A program made the translations under genes and the position numbers. DNA of 7,812 nucleotides from the IMG/VR virus record IMGVR_UViG_2724679140_000010, positions 1-7,812 of that record; one strand, given 5' to 3'. The first letter of the stretch is position 1. Each line of letters begins with the position of its first letter. The DNA comes from a virus. Taxonomy: Duplodnaviria > Heunggongvirae > Uroviricota > Caudoviricetes. The notes below the pieces were generated by a model. The model was not told the DNA's origin. It saw only the letters and a list, made by a program, of their open reading frames with translations, and made no database searches. Of the stretch, positions 5,491 through 7,812 are shown in pieces.

Positions 5491-6985
5491 TCTTTCACAC
5501 ATTATTGCAGCAGCATTCAATGAACCGCTGCTTCTGGAGCCCGCCTATGCGCGGGTTTTCTTTTGCGCGCTGGGGCGTGAGATGGGTGCGACAAGTCTTT
5601 CGGTACCGCAACAGCAGGTACAGCTTGATGCTCCCGGGATGCTGGCTGAAACGGACGAGTACATGGCCGGAGGAAAACGACCGGCCCGTGTTTACAGGGT
5701 GGTGAATGGTATTGCTGTACTGCCGGTGACAGGCACGCTGGTGCACCGGCTGGGGGGGATGCGGCCATTTTCCGGAATGACAGGTTATGACGGCATTGTC
5801 GCCTGTCTTCAGCAGGCAATGTCGGATACCCAGGTGCGGGGTGTACTGCTGGATATTGACAGCCCTGGTGGGCAGGCCGCCGGCGCGTTTGACTGCGCTG
5901 ACATGATTTACCGCCTCCGGCAGCAGAAGCCTGTCTGGGCGCTGTGCAATGACACGGCCTGTTCTGCCGCAATGCTGCTGGCATCGGCCTGTTCCCGACG
6001 GCTGATTACCCAGACATCACGTATCGGCTCCATTGGTGTGATGATGAGCCATGTCAGCTATGCCGGTCATCTGGCGCAGGCCGGTGTTGATATCACGCTT
6101 ATTTACGCCGGATCGCACAAGGTGGATGGCAATCAGTTTGAATCCCTGCCGTCAGAGGTTCGCCAGGACATGCAGCAGCGCATTGATGCGGCGCGCCGGA
6201 TGTTTGCTGAAAAAGTGGCGATGTATACCGGTTTATCTGTGGATACGGTTATGGGGACAGAGGCCGCTGTTTTTGAAGGGCAGTCAGGTATTGAGGCCGG
6301 GCTGGCGGATGAATTAATCAATGCGTCGGATGCCATCAGCGTGATGGCCGCGACGCTGAACACACATGATACAGGAGGCACTATGCCGCAATTAACTGCA
6401 ACGGAAGCCGTCGCGCAGGAGAACCAGCGAGTGATGGGGATCCTGACATGCCAGGAAGCGAAAGGACGTGAACAGCTTGCCTCGATGCTGGCAGGACAAC
6501 AGGGCATGAGCGTTGAGCAGGCCCGGGCGATTCTGGCAGCGGCGGCACCGCAGCAGCCGGAGGCATCCCCGCTGAGTGAAGCCGATCGCATTATGGCGTG
6601 TGAAGAAGCGAAAGGTCGTGAACAACTGGCTGCAACGCTGGCGGCGATGCCGGATATGACAGTGGAAAAAGCCCGCCCGATCCTGGCTGCTTCACCACGG
6701 GCGGATGCCGGACTATCACTCCGTGATCAAATCATGGCCCTGGATGAGGCGAAAGGGGCTGAGGCGCAGGCTGAAAAACTGGCGGCCTGCCCGGGGATGT
6801 CCGTGGAGAATGCCCGGGCTGTACTGGCTGCTGCATCAGGTAAAGCTGAACCAGTCTCTGCCTCCACGACATCCATGTTTGAACGTTTCATGGCGAACCA
6901 TTCACCGGCAGCGGTGCAGGGCGGCATGTCACAAACGTCAGCAGACGGTGATGCGGACGTAAAAATGCTCATGGCCATGCCATAA
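5480..6985 (+). CDS. C: Prohead protease / scaffold fusion protein (lambda gpC-like, S49-type serine peptidase domain), 501 aa, GTG start
   Basis: N-terminus NLSHIIAAAFNEPLLLEPAYARVFFCAL and the segments GMTGYDGIVACLQQA, AGAFDCADMI, KPVWALCNDTACSAAMLLASA, IGVMMSHV, ITLIYAGSHKVDGN resemble lambda gpC as recalled. GTG at 5480 is preceded by GAGGAGA and overlaps the B stop by 11 nt. Confidence 0.88.
   Translation: MRRNLSHIIAAAFNEPLLLEPAYARVFFCALGREMGATSLSVPQQQVQLDAPGMLAETDEYMAGGKRPARVYRVVNGIAVLPVTGTLVHRLGGMRPFSGMTGYDGIVACLQQAMSDTQVRGVLLDIDSPGGQAAGAFDCADMIYRLRQQKPVWALCNDTACSAAMLLASACSRRLITQTSRIGSIGVMMSHVSYAGHLAQAGVDITLIYAGSHKVDGNQFESLPSEVRQDMQQRIDAARRMFAEKVAMYTGLSVDTVMGTEAAVFEGQSGIEAGLADELINASDAISVMAATLNTHDTGGTMPQLTATEAVAQENQRVMGILTCQEAKGREQLASMLAGQQGMSVEQARAILAAAAPQQPEASPLSEADRIMACEEAKGREQLAATLAAMPDMTVEKARPILAASPRADAGLSLRDQIMALDEAKGAEAQAEKLAACPGMSVENARAVLAAASGKAEPVSASTTSMFERFMANHSPAAVQGGMSQTSADGDADVKMLMAMP
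6383..6985 (+). CDS. nu3: Candidate nested in-frame scaffolding protein (lambda Nu3-like), 200 aa, sharing frame and stop with C
   Basis: In-frame ATG at 6383 (C residue 302, MPQLTATEAV…) is preceded by a perfect AGGAGG at 6373-6378 with 4-nt spacing. In lambda, nu3 is translated in-frame from within C. The exact start is an inference. Confidence 0.5.
   Translation: MPQLTATEAVAQENQRVMGILTCQEAKGREQLASMLAGQQGMSVEQARAILAAAAPQQPEASPLSEADRIMACEEAKGREQLAATLAAMPDMTVEKARPILAASPRADAGLSLRDQIMALDEAKGAEAQAEKLAACPGMSVENARAVLAAASGKAEPVSASTTSMFERFMANHSPAAVQGGMSQTSADGDADVKMLMAMP
6437..6860 (+). repeat. Three tandem in-frame repeats (~141-150 nt, ~47-50 aa each) within the C/Nu3 coding region
   Basis: Peptide units are RVMGILTCQEAKGREQLASMLAGQQGMSVEQARAILAAAAPQ, RIMACEEAKGREQLAATLAAMPDMTVEKARPILAASPRADAG and QIMALDEAKGAEAQAEKLAACPGMSVENARAVLAAASGKAE. 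The DNA anchor GAAGCGAAAGG is at 6455 and 6605, and GAGGCGAAAGG at 6746. Units have diverged at the DNA level, so the duplication is not recent. Confidence 0.75.
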
Positions 6986-7021
6986 AGCCACTGCTGATCA
7001 TCAATATGAGGTTTTAATAAT

Positions 7022-7369
7022 ATGGTAACGAAAACCATCACTGAACAGCGTGCGGAAGTACGTATTTTTTCCGGTAATGATCCGGCTCATACAGCCACAG
7101 GTAGCAGCGGGATTTCCTCGGCGACACCGGCTCTGACGCCTCTGATGCTGGATGAGGCCACCGGGAAACTGGTGGTCTGGGACGGACAGAAAGCCGGTGG
7201 TGCGGTTGGCATACTGGTACTGCCGCTTGAAGGCACAGAGACGGTACTGACGTATTACAAGTCGGGGACTTTTGCGACGGAGGCAATTCACTGGCCTGAG
7301 AGTGTGGATGAACACAAAAAGGCCAACGCCTTTTCCGGCAGTGCCCTGAGTCATGCGGCGCTGCCGTAA
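7022..7369 (+). CDS. D: Head decoration protein (lambda gpD-like), 115 aa
   Basis: The segments NDPAHTAT, TPLMLD, KLVVWDG, AVGIL and YYKSGTF resemble lambda gpD (110 aa) as recalled. GAGG lies about 10 nt upstream of the ATG. Position between C and E matches lambda. Confidence 0.9.
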   Translation: MVTKTITEQRAEVRIFSGNDPAHTATGSSGISSATPALTPLMLDEATGKLVVWDGQKAGGAVGILVLPLEGTETVLTYYKSGTFATEAIHWPESVDEHKKANAFSGSALSHAALP

Positions 7370-7377
7370 CACATTAT

Positions 7378-7397
7378 CAGGCCACTGCGGTGGCCTG
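7378..7397 (+). terminator. GC-rich stem-loop in the D-E intergenic region (possible partial terminator or RNA-stability element)
   Basis: CAGGCCAC-tgcg-GTGGCCTG forms a perfect 8-bp stem with a 4-nt loop, 9 nt after the D stop, followed by ACTTATTTCTG (T-rich but not a clean U-tract). Confidence 0.35.
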
Positions 7398-7425
7398 ACT
7401 TATTTCTGAATGAAGGAACTGATTT

Positions 7426-7812
7426 ATGGGATTGTTTACGACCCGCCAGTTGCTCGGTTATACCGAACAAAAAGTTAAATTTCGTGCGCTGTTTCTGGAG
7501 CTGTTTTTCCGCCGTACGGTGAATTTCCAGACCGAAGAGGTGATGCTGGACAAAATTACCGGAAAAACGCCGGTGGCGGCCTATGTCTCCCCGGTTGTTG
7601 AAGGAAAAGTGCTGCGTCATCGTGGTGGTGAAACCCGCGTGTTGCGTCCGGGCTACGTCAAGCCGAAACACGAATTTAATTACCAGCAGGCGGTTGAGCG
7701 CCTTCCTGGTGAAGATCCATCTCAACTGAACGATCCGGCTTACCGCCGTCTGCGTATCATTACCGATAACCTCAAACAGGAAGAGCACGCGATTGTCCAG
7801 GTGGAAGAAATG
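7426..7812 (+). CDS. E: Major capsid protein (lambda gpE-like), N-terminal 129 codons; continues past the window end
   Basis: MGLFTTRQLLGYTEQKVKF…LFLELFFRR…AAYVSPVV…RPGYVKPKHE…NDPAYRRLRII…VQVEEM resembles the lambda gpE N-terminus as recalled. AGGA lies 8 nt upstream of the ATG at 7426. The frame is open to the window edge. Confidence 0.93.
   Translation, partial: MGLFTTRQLLGYTEQKVKFRALFLELFFRRTVNFQTEEVMLDKITGKTPVAAYVSPVVEGKVLRHRGGETRVLRPGYVKPKHEFNYQQAVERLPGEDPSQLNDPAYRRLRIITDNLKQEEHAIVQVEEM

Noticed and set aside
5495-7041. Alternative-frame ORFs inside C (5495-5746, 5505-5705, 5517-5984, 6051-6317, 6133-6591, 6381-6566, 6392-6625, 6705-6962, 6727-7041)
   Set aside because: They are shadow ORFs of the C/nu3 frame. 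The Ala/Arg/Pro-rich translations reflect the GCN-rich codons of the repeat region read off-frame.
7001-7788. Minus-strand ORFs overlapping D and E (7001-7372, 7038-7286, 7351-7788)
   Set aside because: They are antisense to the strongly supported D and E genes and have no start signals.
1-7812. Searched for tRNA/tmRNA genes, CRISPR repeats, integrase or attachment-site signatures and transposase or IS ends
   Set aside because: No tRNA T-arm-like GGTTCGA motifs outside coding sequence, no regularly spaced direct repeats beyond the in-gene C/Nu3 repeats, and no terminal inverted repeats. None called.

Overview
This window is the cos-proximal end of a lambda-like (lambdoid, enterobacterial-type) phage or prophage. 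It contains an apparently intact cohesive-end site followed by the head-morphogenesis module in lambda order, all on the + strand: nu1, A, W, B, C (with nested nu3), D, and the 5' part of E. Gene identities come from my recollection of lambda protein sequences and gene order, not from a database search. The first ~1.1 kb is the phage right end: a GC-moderate stretch (1-190) and a markedly AT-rich stretch (~190-900) with no convincing protein-coding gene. I could not resolve anything there into a defined system, so it is the only place an undescribed element could plausibly sit. The strongest sequence-level observations are a triplicated ~47-50 aa motif in the C/Nu3 scaffold region, a divergent Nu1 N-terminus paired with non-lambda cosB repeat motifs, and a strong internal ribosome-binding site for nu3. 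No tRNA, rRNA, CRISPR array or transposase was seen.
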